Shown piece after piece: positions 29,928 to 42,329 of a stretch of DNA of 64,000 nt. The first letter of the stretch is position 1, and each line of letters starts with the position of its first letter. A program made the position numbers and the translations under genes. The stretch comes from Antedon mediterranea (taxonomy: Eukaryota; Animalia; Echinodermata): contig NC_092673.1 of NCBI RefSeq assembly GCF_964355755.1, positions 6,448,001-6,512,000 on the forward strand. Reading direction: 5' to 3'. The notes under the pieces were generated by a model, which saw only the letters and a program-made list of their open reading frames with translations, ran no database searches and was not told the DNA's origin.

Positions 29928-30642
29928 GTAGGCCTAACTAGGCCTCCTAGTAGGCAGGCTTTTTAATGTTTTTAGGACTTTCTAAAAAACAAAGAGTTTG
30001 TTTTACCAATAATACATAGGCCTAGGCTAGGCTTAGTTTAGGTAGGCCTAGACTATAGCCTAGAGGCTATAGATAGGCTAGGCTACTCTAGCCTCTAGGC
30101 CTTAAATAAACTAACCTAAGGCTAAGCCTTTTATTTTAGTTTTAGTTAGACCATATCCTTTTCATTTAGGACCTACCTACTAGGCCTACCTAGGCTGAAC
30201 TACTACAACAATAGCCTAGTTACCATAAGCTAGCTAAATGCTACTTCTATTAAAATAGGTAGGCATTTACAGTAAGCTATGGCCGTAGGGCCTAGACTAC
30301 AGTAACTCTTTGAGTCTTGGTTCTCCCTGTAGTAGTAGTAGTAAGCCTCTAGGCCTAGTAGTAGTAGTAGTATCAGTACTAGTAGGTAGACAGCTTACGT
30401 AAGTTCTAACTAAGTACCACACACAAGACTAGCTTTAGTTGTAGACCTACCAAGCTAGCAGAGGAGCTTATTCTTGCAGTTGTGCTAAACAGCGCATAGC
30501 GACTATTTTGTATTTTGCGCTATATTAATTTAAAACCATTATTAAACCATTAACTATTATCGGTACTACTACTACTACTACTAGCCTATTTAAATTATTA
30601 TTAAATAATTAATGTGAATTATATATTTTTTCAATTAAGTAG

Positions 30643-32125
30643 ATCTCAACAAGATGCACACCAGCAAGCAAGAAGAAAGTCAGTATTTACAAGGATTTGG
30701 ACAGCTGTGCTTCATCTTCTTTGCATAAGAGGAATTGACGAATCATCGGATAGCAACTTAAGTTCGTCATCGTCATTATTATCATCATCATCACCATCTA
30801 TATTATTGCAACCAGCGGGCACAGTGTCGGCATCGCTGTCAGGGGTACAAGAAGTATCAGTACGACAGGTATCATCAAAGTCTCTATCAAAGTCATCAAG
30901 ATCACATTCGTCTATGTGGCCAATGTCATCCACATCGTTTGCGCTTTCTCCTAGCCAGATACTTACCACACCAGGTCTATCACCCGGGGAGGTGATTCTC
31001 CCAAGGCAACATGTTTGTAGCTCATCCTCATCATCTACCGCTCCGGTCCAGCGCATTTTTAGAAAACCAACATCAGAGTTATCACCCGGTGAGATACCAG
31101 AAAGGAAAGGTCTTTGTAGTGTGCCATCATCGTTGTCGTCACAATGGCCATTGTCACCTGCCAGTAGCTTCAATGGTTCTTCCCGTTCTTTGAAAAGTAA
31201 CACTACCACTTCAGCACCCATATCCGTCTTTAACGATAGAGATGCTACAACAAAACTTGCTGAAATTCTGCCGCCTGCTCGGTTATTAGATAGTTCAAGT
31301 GTAACCGACCTTTGTAATCCTGTACGCCTTGGACAGGGAAGTTTTGGTCGTGTTGACCTGATGTCATCCAATCTTTTGCCAGGCCACTATCACCTTGTCG
31401 CCGTCAAGACGGCTTTTTTGAACAATTACAGCAATCCTGATGAAGCATGGGGCAAGATGGTAGTAGAAGCGCGTGTTATGAAATTTTTAGACGATCTTCC
31501 ATCTGTTCCTCGAGTCTTTGGCGTCTTTCGCCAAGGTGACGTATGCTGCATGATACAGGAGTTTATCGGAAATACCTTCACCCTTTCCAGCACCACCTTC
31601 CTGGATGTATTGCTAACCGGGCAGCCGTCCTTGAGCGCGCTTGAATGTATCTCTATGACATCAGAGGTTGTCATTGCGCTCAACGACATGCACAAACGTG
31701 GGATTCTCCACAACGACGTAGCTGCGAGAAACATCCTGATCCACCACGCTGGAACCAGCTACAGAGCGAAGCTTACAGACTTCGGGATGGCATGCAGAGT
31801 ACAATATCCAAGAGCACATAGAGAGTTAACCTTTTCATCGTTGGACGAACTACTCCAATACAATCAGGATCATCCGGAGGTAGCACCAGAAAAATACCTT
31901 GACGGTGCTTGTGATTCTGTTAACGGTGACGTGTATTCCATCGGTTATGGTATACGTATTGTAGGAGTGGCAATTAGAAGCAGCGAGATGGTTGAACTTG
32001 GAAAGTCTTGTACATCTTTCGACGCAGAAGATCGACCATCTCTAGATTGGGTAATCAACATCTTGGACATCATTAAAGAAAATGAAAAGAGCAATCCAAC
32101 ATGCCGGGGTATCAATGGCCCTTAG
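30643..32125 (+). CDS. Protein kinase with intronless catalytic domain, Ser/Pro-rich N-terminus and HND catalytic loop; true start uncertain (splice acceptor at 30642, first in-frame ATG about 30914)
   Basis: LGQGSFG Gly-loop, VAVK, alphaC Glu (EARVM), HNDVAARN, DFG, APE, DVYSIG and DRPS motifs in ORF 30614-32125. Confidence 0.88.
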
Positions 32126-34955
32126 TTTTTTTTTAAATATAGTTTTAAATTATTAGGCTTAACATATAAAAAATATAAACAAACAAAGCACAGACATAAT
32201 TATAATGTATAAATAAATTAATAGTAATTATAATGTAAGTTTCAGTAATAAAAAGAATAAATACTTTAAAATATTGATAATTAGGCCTAATAATATTTAA
32301 ATGACAATCCTTTTTATCTAAGTGTTTCTCCCTCTTATTTACATGTGTTTCTTGTTAAGTTTATTCTTAATTAAACATTTTAAATAAAATTACAAAAAAG
32401 ACGACACTAACAAAACATTATTTTAAAAAAAACGAACATTTTAAGTTGCTATTGGTAAGTATTGTAAAAAGGTAAGTATACTCAATTTTAACATTTTCTT
32501 TGTAATGTATTTCAATGTAAGGCTTATAGTTTATATTTTTAACATTAATAGATATGTATATAAAAGTAATAACAAAAAAACCCTTGTAATTTTTTAAACA
32601 AGGTTAGATGTCCTATAAATTTTAATTATAATTCTTTATCATAATTTGTCTATTTCAATATATTATAATGAAAAACATACAAAGAGCTCTCGCGTTTATA
32701 AAACATAATTTTTCTTATATTAACTATATATTTCTGTCCTCTAGGTTTAGGTTGTCATGATACAGTCTTGCTAAGAACTACATGACGTTTATTGAAGACA
32801 ATCATTTAACCAATTAAAGGTAAATCATTACTGTATTGTATTTAAGTAATAAATCGATCTATATATTTTTGATATTATAAAAATGTTTTCCCTACCAAAA
32901 TACCATTTTATTATTGTATAACATAACCTTTTTTTCTCTTTTCATGCAAACCTACCACGATTATCAAATGATGATCAAGAGATGATATATATCATCATTT
33001 CAGGTAAAAGAAAATAATCAAAATTTATTTTGATACCGCTAATTAAATCGTATTTCTTTAAATATTTGTGTGGAAAATCTGTGTATCTTATTTAAGTTTA
33101 TCTAAAGTAAATATAGCTAAGTAATAAAGTGTTTTCTTTACTGTTATCATTGATACTTGTCGAGTAAACTAAAATCAACAATCGATATCAAGCTGATGTT
33201 ATCAACATATATTATGTAAGAAGAGTCACAAATGTTATCTAAAACTCTATCCACCAAAACATTAAAACAAGTTAAATTGTGTAATACAGTAATTATTATT
33301 TGTGTGGCCTGTATTAATACATGTAGCTACAATAAATAACTAAAGTGTTTATTTTTTTAAATTTTGTTTACAATCGATACCAAGCTGATTTTATCAACAT
33401 TTTAGGTAAGAAGAGTCACGATTGTTATTTACAACTCCAAACCATTAACAGAAGTGACATTTATTTGTTTATAACTGTATAATAATTATTGTTTTTCTTT
33501 TGATGGCGATTCGACATAATCAAGTCAATATCAACATCTTTGGTATGAACATTTAATCACTTTGTATGACTCTAGTCTAGCCAAGGCACTTGAAGTTGCT
33601 AGAGTCTCGATCGAGGTATTACAAGTTCAACCAACATTTGTATTGTTTAGTTTTGTTATGTTTAAAACTTCTATGATTTCTTGTTTTCATTAATTGGCGA
33701 GAGCACTAATACTACGACTTATCAACAAGACATCGACATGATGATGATGATGTTAGCAACATTTTTCAACATTTTAGGTAAAGATATTACATTTTTTATA
33801 ATTCAAGTCTGACTTTACCTAGTTGAATTAGCCTAAGCGTTTTACATACAAATAAAATTTGTAATTCTATTTTTTCCTTTCATTTCGGTAAGTACCACAA
33901 CTCATCACCAAGAAGTTAGGCCTAATATTAAGATTATTTTTCTAATATTTTAAGTAAAAATAACCAATCACAGTTGATGTTTGAAAATTCCATTTTTATT
34001 GTTTTCTTTTCATAAATAAGGTGGGAACCATCACAATGTCAGGTAAAAACAAGGAATCGCAATTGTTATGTAGGTAGGCCTACGTACGACTCGTATATAG
34101 CTACTATACAGTTTCACCAAAATATTAAAGTTATAAAACGTGTTTAAAACGTGTTTCTTAAGACGATGTAGCCTAACTAATCATTTTGTACATGACAAAC
34201 TTTTTTATTCTTTTTTAAATGACAATCGGCCGAAGCACCAGAACATGTACAATCAAGCATAATCAAGAGCACATTTAGTTATCTATAACATTTGAATGTG
34301 TTCATTTAGGTGATCTAAGTGAGAGAATGAAAGATGATAATTCAGAATCGGGGTAGTTTAGCTAGTATGCTTAAAAGTATTGAATCCTCTGGACATTTTG
34401 ATCTGTCAACTCTCATTCCTTTTAAACAACTTAAAATTAGATCGTGGAGAGAGTGAACCGTCTCTCGACATGCGGCCTGTGTAACGACTGGTAGATAAAT
34501 GCTATTCATGAAGAATGCAATAATAACGTCATTTAACTGTACTTTATTGACAATCTAATAGATCTCAGATAACTATTTAAATGAAATAGTAGTTTTTATT
34601 AATATTAGTAAATGTGTTGCTATGACTAATGAACTTACTTATGTTATTAAATCTAGGCCTAACTTGTTAATTTAAACAATAATATAAATCTAACACTATC
34701 ATTACTACTAAGATCTGCCGTTTATAGTAGTTTAATATTTAAATAATAACAATAATAATGTTTGCTCGGCAATTATTGTACTGCAACCAGGGGAAAGTTA
34801 ATAGCCATGCTTGTTTAAAAAATGCTCTTACTCTACCATTGTTATTATATTGCTGCTATTATTACAAATAAACACATTTTATTAATAAATATTAAAACAC
34901 AAAAGATTAAAATGAAAGTGTAAATCACTTTAATGTGCATTAAAATAATATATAT

Positions 34956-35987
34956 CTAACACCTACTATCGTGTGTTTTGTTACTCATTTGTAAAACTAA
35001 TTCGTCTGTAGTGTTAGTAGAGCGATTCCCAGTATCCTGAACACTAGAATCTTCAATCACCACTGTTTGGCGGAAACAACATGATTTTTCATTCGTGCAA
35101 CACCCGAACAATTCCGAAATTCCTTCTCGGAAATCCGGCAACCTTCGCCAATATATAACCGGATTCACCGCGGAGTTTAGCAATATCATTGCAACGCCAA
35201 TGTAGAAAACCAAACTCGACACTATACAACGATCCTCTTCCTCAAAGCCATAGTACATTGTGAACATAATGCGAAGAGATTCAATTGCCCATGGCAACCA
35301 GCAAATAGCGTAAACCACCACTATTACAACATACGCCCTTAACACAAGTTTTGTATACTTATAGTTACCTCCTCGGTTCAATCTAGCGGACATTCGTTTA
35401 TCATGTGAATGTATTTTTATAAATATTGAAAAGTAAAGTATTGAAATCCCAATCATTATTACAACAATGCACAGAGGACCAAGAGTGAAAAATATAACTC
35501 GATGTAGGATATAGTCATAGAACGAAATTGGTAAAAGAACTGATGACGTTATCAACCACATGATGACGGAAATGCTTAGAAGTTGACGCGTTGTTCCGAT
35601 GTGAGTTTTGCTACTGTTGGTGAATACGACGATCTTGAGAAATCGTTCGGCAGCGATTGCGAGGATCGTAAAACCCGAGACAATGCCGACAATCAGTCCG
35701 ATGCTCTCCATATAGGTTTTGTTGAAAATCACAATACAGGGGTAAATTATACCGGCCATTAAGTCCGTTAGTGCTAAGTTAAAGATAAGAATATTGCGGC
35801 GTTTATGCAGCCGCTTTACTTTGATGATTGCCGCCAGAATAATTGCATTTTCTACGATAGATAAGATGCATATCAAGAAGAAATAAATTGAAAAGATTGC
35901 CAAGCCTGTATTGCTGCTACCAAAGACACCGGATTCCATAATGTCAACAGGCTCCACTGAGCAGTTTATAACAGCAGTGCGATCCAT
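34956..35987 (-). CDS. Class A (rhodopsin-like) GPCR, S1P/LPA/cannabinoid/melanocortin (MECA)-like orphan, single coding exon
   Basis: Seven hydrophobic segments; TM1 ENAIIL, TM2 NLALTDLMAG, TM3 LAIAAERF (DRY variant), TM6 CWLP, TM7 NSAVNPVIY; N-terminal NCS sequon; short ECL1 and no TM3 Cys, as in MECA receptors. Confidence 0.9.
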   Translation of the reverse strand: MDRTAVINCSVEPVDIMESGVFGSSNTGLAIFSIYFFLICILSIVENAIILAAIIKVKRLHKRRNILIFNLALTDLMAGIIYPCIVIFNKTYMESIGLIVGIVSGFTILAIAAERFLKIVVFTNSSKTHIGTTRQLLSISVIMWLITSSVLLPISFYDYILHRVIFFTLGPLCIVVIMIGISILYFSIFIKIHSHDKRMSARLNRGGNYKYTKLVLRAYVVIVVVYAICWLPWAIESLRIMFTMYYGFEEEDRCIVSSLVFYIGVAMILLNSAVNPVIYWRRLPDFREGISELFGCCTNEKSCCFRQTVVIEDSSVQDTGNRSTNTTDELVLQMSNKTHDSRC

Positions 35988-37750
35988 CGTCTTGTCGAAT
36001 TATCTTCCTGTTGAATTGGCCTAAATAGATGATCGAAACATGATAATTAAAAAAACAGAAACTGATACAGCAATGCAACCCACAATTGCCTTTAACAAAA
36101 CATTCATTAGTTTACTTCAAGCAATGCAACCCACAATTCATTAGTTTACTTTATGTTTTAGTAATAATTAAAACACAATTAAAAAAAGCATACACTTTAC
36201 TTTATTGCCATAAAAAAAGTCTGAGAATATAACTGCTACATTCTGCAGTTATGAAATATTATCTACCTGATAACATGTATTACAAGTATTTACTACACTT
36301 AGACTTGTATCTCACTGACTTGCGGTAGTCAGTTAGATAGTATATCGTGAAAGCTGCAGAAATTAAAACGAATACTTATAAATATATTGTATCCAAACAA
36401 CTCACCAGATAGGCAAAAATGATAACCCTTCGGTTTTACAAATTAGAAAAGTTAAACTTTAATTGCATAGTTTTTTTGTTTAAGTCGAATGACCCACGTT
36501 AATCACGAAACTGTAAGAACTAATTAATTGCGAAAATATTTCTCTATCATTTTATAGATGTCCACGCCGGAAAATAGAATTAATCGGTGGATCACTGGTG
36601 TGCATGAAAAATCAAACCGCACACGATATGCCCTTCACAAATAGTTAAAGGATAAACTTTCATCATGTTCAAGGAACTTATTATATTACGACAGTATTAC
36701 TCATGATATACTGAAAGAGGCGCATCACTTTTAACAAAATATTAAAATTTAGCCTAATAATTCCAATGTTACTACACCTTACCAAACATTTAAAACAATG
36801 GTTTTATGCCATATTTTGTTCGTCTATTGGCTTTTACTTATAGTAATTGAAAGTATGATGAAACTTAAGTGAAAGTACGTGGTAGACCCACTTAACACAC
36901 ATAGCCTTGATGATGAGTGGTTTTACGTACGAACTGATGTCATGACTTACTAGCTTCCTAGAGGGATAGGCCTACACAGAATGTAGCTGGCAGTACACGT
37001 TCTAGTACTAGTGATGTTAAGCTAAACTACTGCTCGTTTACCGTCACTTGACCAAGAATCTGGAACAATTTACTAACTAGTTACATTAAACATTTGAATG
37101 ACTATAAACAGCAATACTTTTTATTTTAACTAATGCTATGAATGAAGAGTCGCTGATTCTGAGCTTATCATAAATGGGCGCTATAATGTTAATGTTAGCT
37201 CAACGAATAATAACGGCACTTATTAAATTAAATATCAGTTACATTGTCTCTTTAAAAAAAACAACAAATTGATAGCAACACTTTTTGTGTGTATTTCGAT
37301 TTTCTTTCAATTGATAATGACCCCAATGGGAACTAATTCTTCCTGTAAGGATTAATTTGGTCGCCAATAAAAACAAACATCTGATATTGAACATTTAACT
37401 AACCAGAGGCCTGTAGAATAGAATAATATTATACAATAACAAGTTTTGTTTTTGTCTTTTCTGTTTTTATCCTTGTACATTAAACTTCATATTTTTTTCC
37501 GGTTCAATAACTTTAATTTTTCACAACAACAACTCACGTCAGATTGATGATGATCATCCGGGTATTCCCTCTTTCATGAGTCATAACAGTTCAAGTTCAT
37601 GTATCGAATAAATGATTGGTCAAAATTATCGAGCGTGTTAATAACTAAACCTAATATAAGGTCATGTCCAGTTTTTAAATTATGAATGGGAAAGAAAGCC
37701 GAAGAAAATTTCATTTGGTTTTTTTAATGTCATAATAATGTTCAGAATTT

Positions 37751-38628
37751 AGGCCTAATGATGACGTGCATCTTTAATACACCTCACTGTGTATAATAAT
37801 AGCTCTTTTGACAGCAAGGATAGACAACAAAACTAAACACACACACAAAATATAACATGTAGACCTATTGTAATTTAAAACTATAAAATAGGCCTAATGA
37901 TGACGTGCATCTTTTATACACCTATCTGTGTATATTAATAGCATCATCCTGGTTAGTCTTTTGACAGCAAGGATAGACAACAAAACTAAACACACACACA
38001 AAATATAACATGTAGACCTATTGTAATTTAAAACTATGAAATAGGCCTAATGATGACGTGCATCTTTTATACACCTATCTGTGTATATTAATAGCATCAT
38101 CCTGGTTAGTCTTTTGACAGCAAGGATAGACAACAAAACTAAACACACACACAAAATATAACTTGTAGACCTATTGTAATTTAAAACTATAAAATAGGCC
38201 TGATGATGACGTGCATCTTTTATACACCTATCTGTGTATATTAATAGCATCATCCTGGTTAGTCTTTTGACAGCGAGGATATACACCAAAACAAAACACA
38301 CACACAAAATATGACTTGTAGGCCTAGTGTAGGCCTAATTTAAAACTATAAAATTAGGCCTAATGATGACGTACATCTTTTATGCACTTATCTTCGTAGA
38401 TTAATAGCAACATCCTGGTTAGTCTTTTGACAGCAAGGATATAGACAACAAAACTAAACACAAAACACACGCACAAAATATGACTTGTACTGTAATTTAA
38501 AACTATAAAATTAGGCCTAATGATGACGTGCATCTTTATGCACCTATCTGTGTAGATTAATAGCAACATCATGGTTAGTCTTTTGACAGCGAGGATAGAC
38601 ACCTAAACAAAACACACACACAAAACAT
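37751..38628. repeat. Tandem satellite, unit about 153 bp, six copies
   Basis: aggcct(aa)tgatgacgt starts at 37751, 37890, 38043, 38196, 38356 and 38513. Confidence 0.95.
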
Positions 38629-41600
38629 ATTACTCGGCTTGAATATTGTCTTGAATACAGAATGCAACAACGGATATTTATTACAAATACACATTCTTCA
38701 TTTTCATTGTTTAGATGGAAGGCATATCTTATAATATTAGACCTACCCTGAAATTAATTTCTAGGACTACTATGGTTACATCTTTTCACCTCACAGTTCA
38801 TCTCTTTTCACCTCACTGCATAATCATATGGTGATTATTGCATGACGCCAGCAAAATATCAAATTGCAAATTGTCTAGAATGAATTTACTATTCTGTGAT
38901 AATGTCCGCAAAGTCCATTGCTAAAAGTGTTAGGGTAATAAATGGGTTAAATTGAAACATAGATTCGCAAAATGTAGCACCAATTGCAGAACTGTGAGTC
39001 TGAAAAACTTTTTGAATTTACTTCATTTTACTAACTAGATGGTACGCGAGCGAAGCGAGCGTACCATCTAGGTCGTGCTCACAGATGGTTCTCGAATACA
39101 TAATAATTTCAGCGTTAAAGAACTGGCGATTTCAAATGTACGTACCGCAGGACAATAATACATGTCGTTTACAGGAACGAATAAATAGACACTGTGATTT
39201 ATGTACTCAACTAAAATTAGCACCCTGGGAATTACTTCCGAAAGAGAAACTTGTCACAAAATGAGACAAATTGTTTAAGTCAAATTTAAACAAACTTAAT
39301 TTGTGTTTTGTATGTAACATTAGGGTTGAGGGATGGGGAAGAGGATGGGTGCAAAGAAGAACAATTTTTAAATATATTCTTTATCTATTTAGTAACGAAA
39401 TATTAATTGTTTTCATGTTTTACAAATAATATACCACTATACACAGTAAAACATTGCGATTTAATACTTTGTTGAAACTATCACCGTCGATTGAAATACA
39501 GTACATATAACGATACATCACTACGACGTGTATATGTTTATATAATTTAAAACAATTTGTGAAAACCACCTTTATTCGAGCAAAATCATAAATTCGATTT
39601 AATGGTCAATAAATATTAAATTATCTAACTCAACTTAATTAGTAGGCATAATGGTTTTCAATTGTTTCTTAGAGCCAATTCATACTTAAGTTGGTTCCTA
39701 CCCTACCCTCCAAAGTTGTTCTGCGTTTAGGGCATGTGATGTACCGTAGGCCCATCCTCTACTGGTTTTACAACGCTACTCATGCCAGTGAGGGAAGGGT
39801 GGTGATGTGGGTGGTTTAACTGCAATAATAAAGATGTGTACATAATATACGGCGAGTGAAAGCGCTAGCTCATTATCTGTTTAAAAAAATGTATATCCAA
39901 CCTCTGCAGCACAGATTGAAATGGTTGGGTTGGTTGAAAAAAAAATGGATCGAATTATACAGTACTTGCCTTTACGACGCCTGAGGGAATAGACACTTGT
40001 GGAACAGAGATTGGAATGTTCCATTCATCGCAAATCAATACATTTGTATAAACGTATATTAAATCTATCAAAATAGTATAAAAAAAAAAATCGGCCTGTC
40101 TTCAACATTATGATGCTGTACTTGAGCTGTTCAACCGGTTTTCAGCCATTAAAAACAATTATCGTAGGAGGAGATAGGAAAATGCGAAGCATCCTCGTAT
40201 TATTGTCTGCGGGTATTTTTCAAGACGGACATCCATTAGACAGTGTATACCACGATCGAAAAACACCCCTATTTGGGGCAAATCGTTGAACCTAAATTCG
40301 TTTTAATCGTCAATAACTAATTATCGAAATCAATTTAATTAGTAAACAGGGTTACATCTGGTGGTTAAAATCAGTACCGAAAGTACGAACCAACTTTATA
40401 TACCATCGAGTAAACATTCTAGCAATAACGCACGATTTACCAAATTTTGCCCTTACGTAAATTTATATATAGATACATATAGGCCTAATTATAAAGACCG
40501 TATAATTTCTTGAATTCCAGAAAAAATCGTATAATCATTATTTTGGCTTCCTTAAAATTAGAAAATGAAACCTAACCATCAGTATCAATCTGTTCCTCAG
40601 GCATATTGTACTTGTTATTATCAATGCAAGGTTATATTTTGTATACACAACAACAGTTTGTATTATACATATTATGTATTGCGTGAGAAGTTTGATATGC
40701 GTGAATGATTATATATAAAATGTCAGGTACCTCTATTTCTATACTACCATTTATCGATTTGTATTTTTTAAAGGGTTTTTCTATTTTGGACGGACGACAC
40801 AATACATTTACTTACCTTATGTTCTCGTACATACAAGGGATAATATTCATACTGTATCATGATGCACTTTTTTTGCACATGACACTTGTTGATTGTGTTG
40901 ATTAAACGGATAGTCCAGCAGTATTCTTAAATAAATAAGAAAGGCTGTTCGTTAGGATACACATTTTTGCTACTACGCACATCCATGGGATATAGATTGT
41001 ACTAATGTTTAGAGTACATTTTAAACCCGTGCCGGGAGTTGGATTAATGAGGTCAACCAGGGTAATGGAAATGTTTCAAACTTCATTAAACCTGCCCAAG
41101 GTGTGTGGGAGCGGGGGCGTTAGGAGTTTGTTCATACTGTAGCCTACGTGGCACCAGTCACCACTCTAGAAGACGGTCTCTCTTAAATACCTGGTTATTG
41201 TACAAATAATTTATTTCAAATCTAACGACAAACCAATATATTTATTTATTGCGAAAAAACTTGGGGCGCGTTTATACAACACGCTATTACACGCATATTC
41301 TACACGCCTACGAGAAGTGTGTTGTATAACAACAAAGAGATTCCGTGTAATGAGATTTTAATTGCAAAAAAGGCTACTTGGCTGAATCCTAAAATTTGGT
41401 GGATTCCCGGTCACCGTTACCGTGTTGGAAGTGTCCTCAGGGTATATTTTGACCTCTCGTTAAAACAGGTCGTAATATCAATCATGTCATGCGACGTCTA
41501 ACAAAATTGGGCCCATTTATTGCTGCTTCGCTGCCAGCAATCATCCTCCTACCACGTCTTACGCCTAGCCTGGTAGGGCCAACTCGTAGTGGTAGTAGGC

Positions 41601-42164
41601 CTCTATAGACTATCGTTTCCCACTCCAAACAGAATAAACAAGAAATATTTCTTACAAAAAACGCCGCGTAACTTTTTGACTGGACAGTCTTCATTAATCT
41701 AATATAATAGGTCGGCCAATCAAAACGCAAGTGAACAATTGGGACTTTACTTGTGATTTATGTCATTGGCCTGTCAGCACAGTCGTTTCTTTCTAGAATT
41801 AAACGCACAAACTTGTATTGGGTATAATTTATGTTTATGTGGTTATTACTATCGCATTTAGGTATTGATAATAATAATAATATGGCTTTTGAATATATAA
41901 TTACTGTCTGTAGAATAACATTTATACATTTTCGGTTCGCGATGAAAAGTTATATGAATGGATTTGTAATAGGTATTTATAATAATAGTATATGGGTTGT
42001 ATTATTGATAAGCTATCACCAAATCGCGTTATACCATTATTTCTCAGGGTTTTTTGCACCATTGATCAATACCAAACGCGTATCGGTATTATAGTTTTTA
42101 ATGAATCATTACATTAATAAAAATACCCAATTAAATCAATCGCGTCAGTCCAATTCCGACTTAT

Positions 42165-42311
42165 GTGTCTACACTGTCCCAACTAGTTTAACAAAAAAAG
42201 TGTGATGTGCCCAAATATGGTAGTGATATGCCCGAATATCGTAGTGGACATCGTCATGTCTATATAATAATATGGGCACATTATATTTAGTTTGATAGTA
42301 TAGACAGAGCT
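42165..42311. mobile_element. MITE family A copy
   Basis: tgtctacactgtcccaactagttt...agtttgatagtatagacagagcttaa. Confidence 0.75.
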
Positions 42312-42329
42312 TAAGGATTATATTTAAAA

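Noticed and set aside
30712-31734. Minus-strand ORFs of 219 and 102 aa
   Set aside because: Antisense to the Ser-rich kinase; the Asp runs mirror TCA/TCG codons
37751-38628. Regular repeat that might be taken for a CRISPR array, and its short ORFs
   Set aside because: Whole units repeat with no unique spacers, there are no cas genes, and the context is eukaryotic
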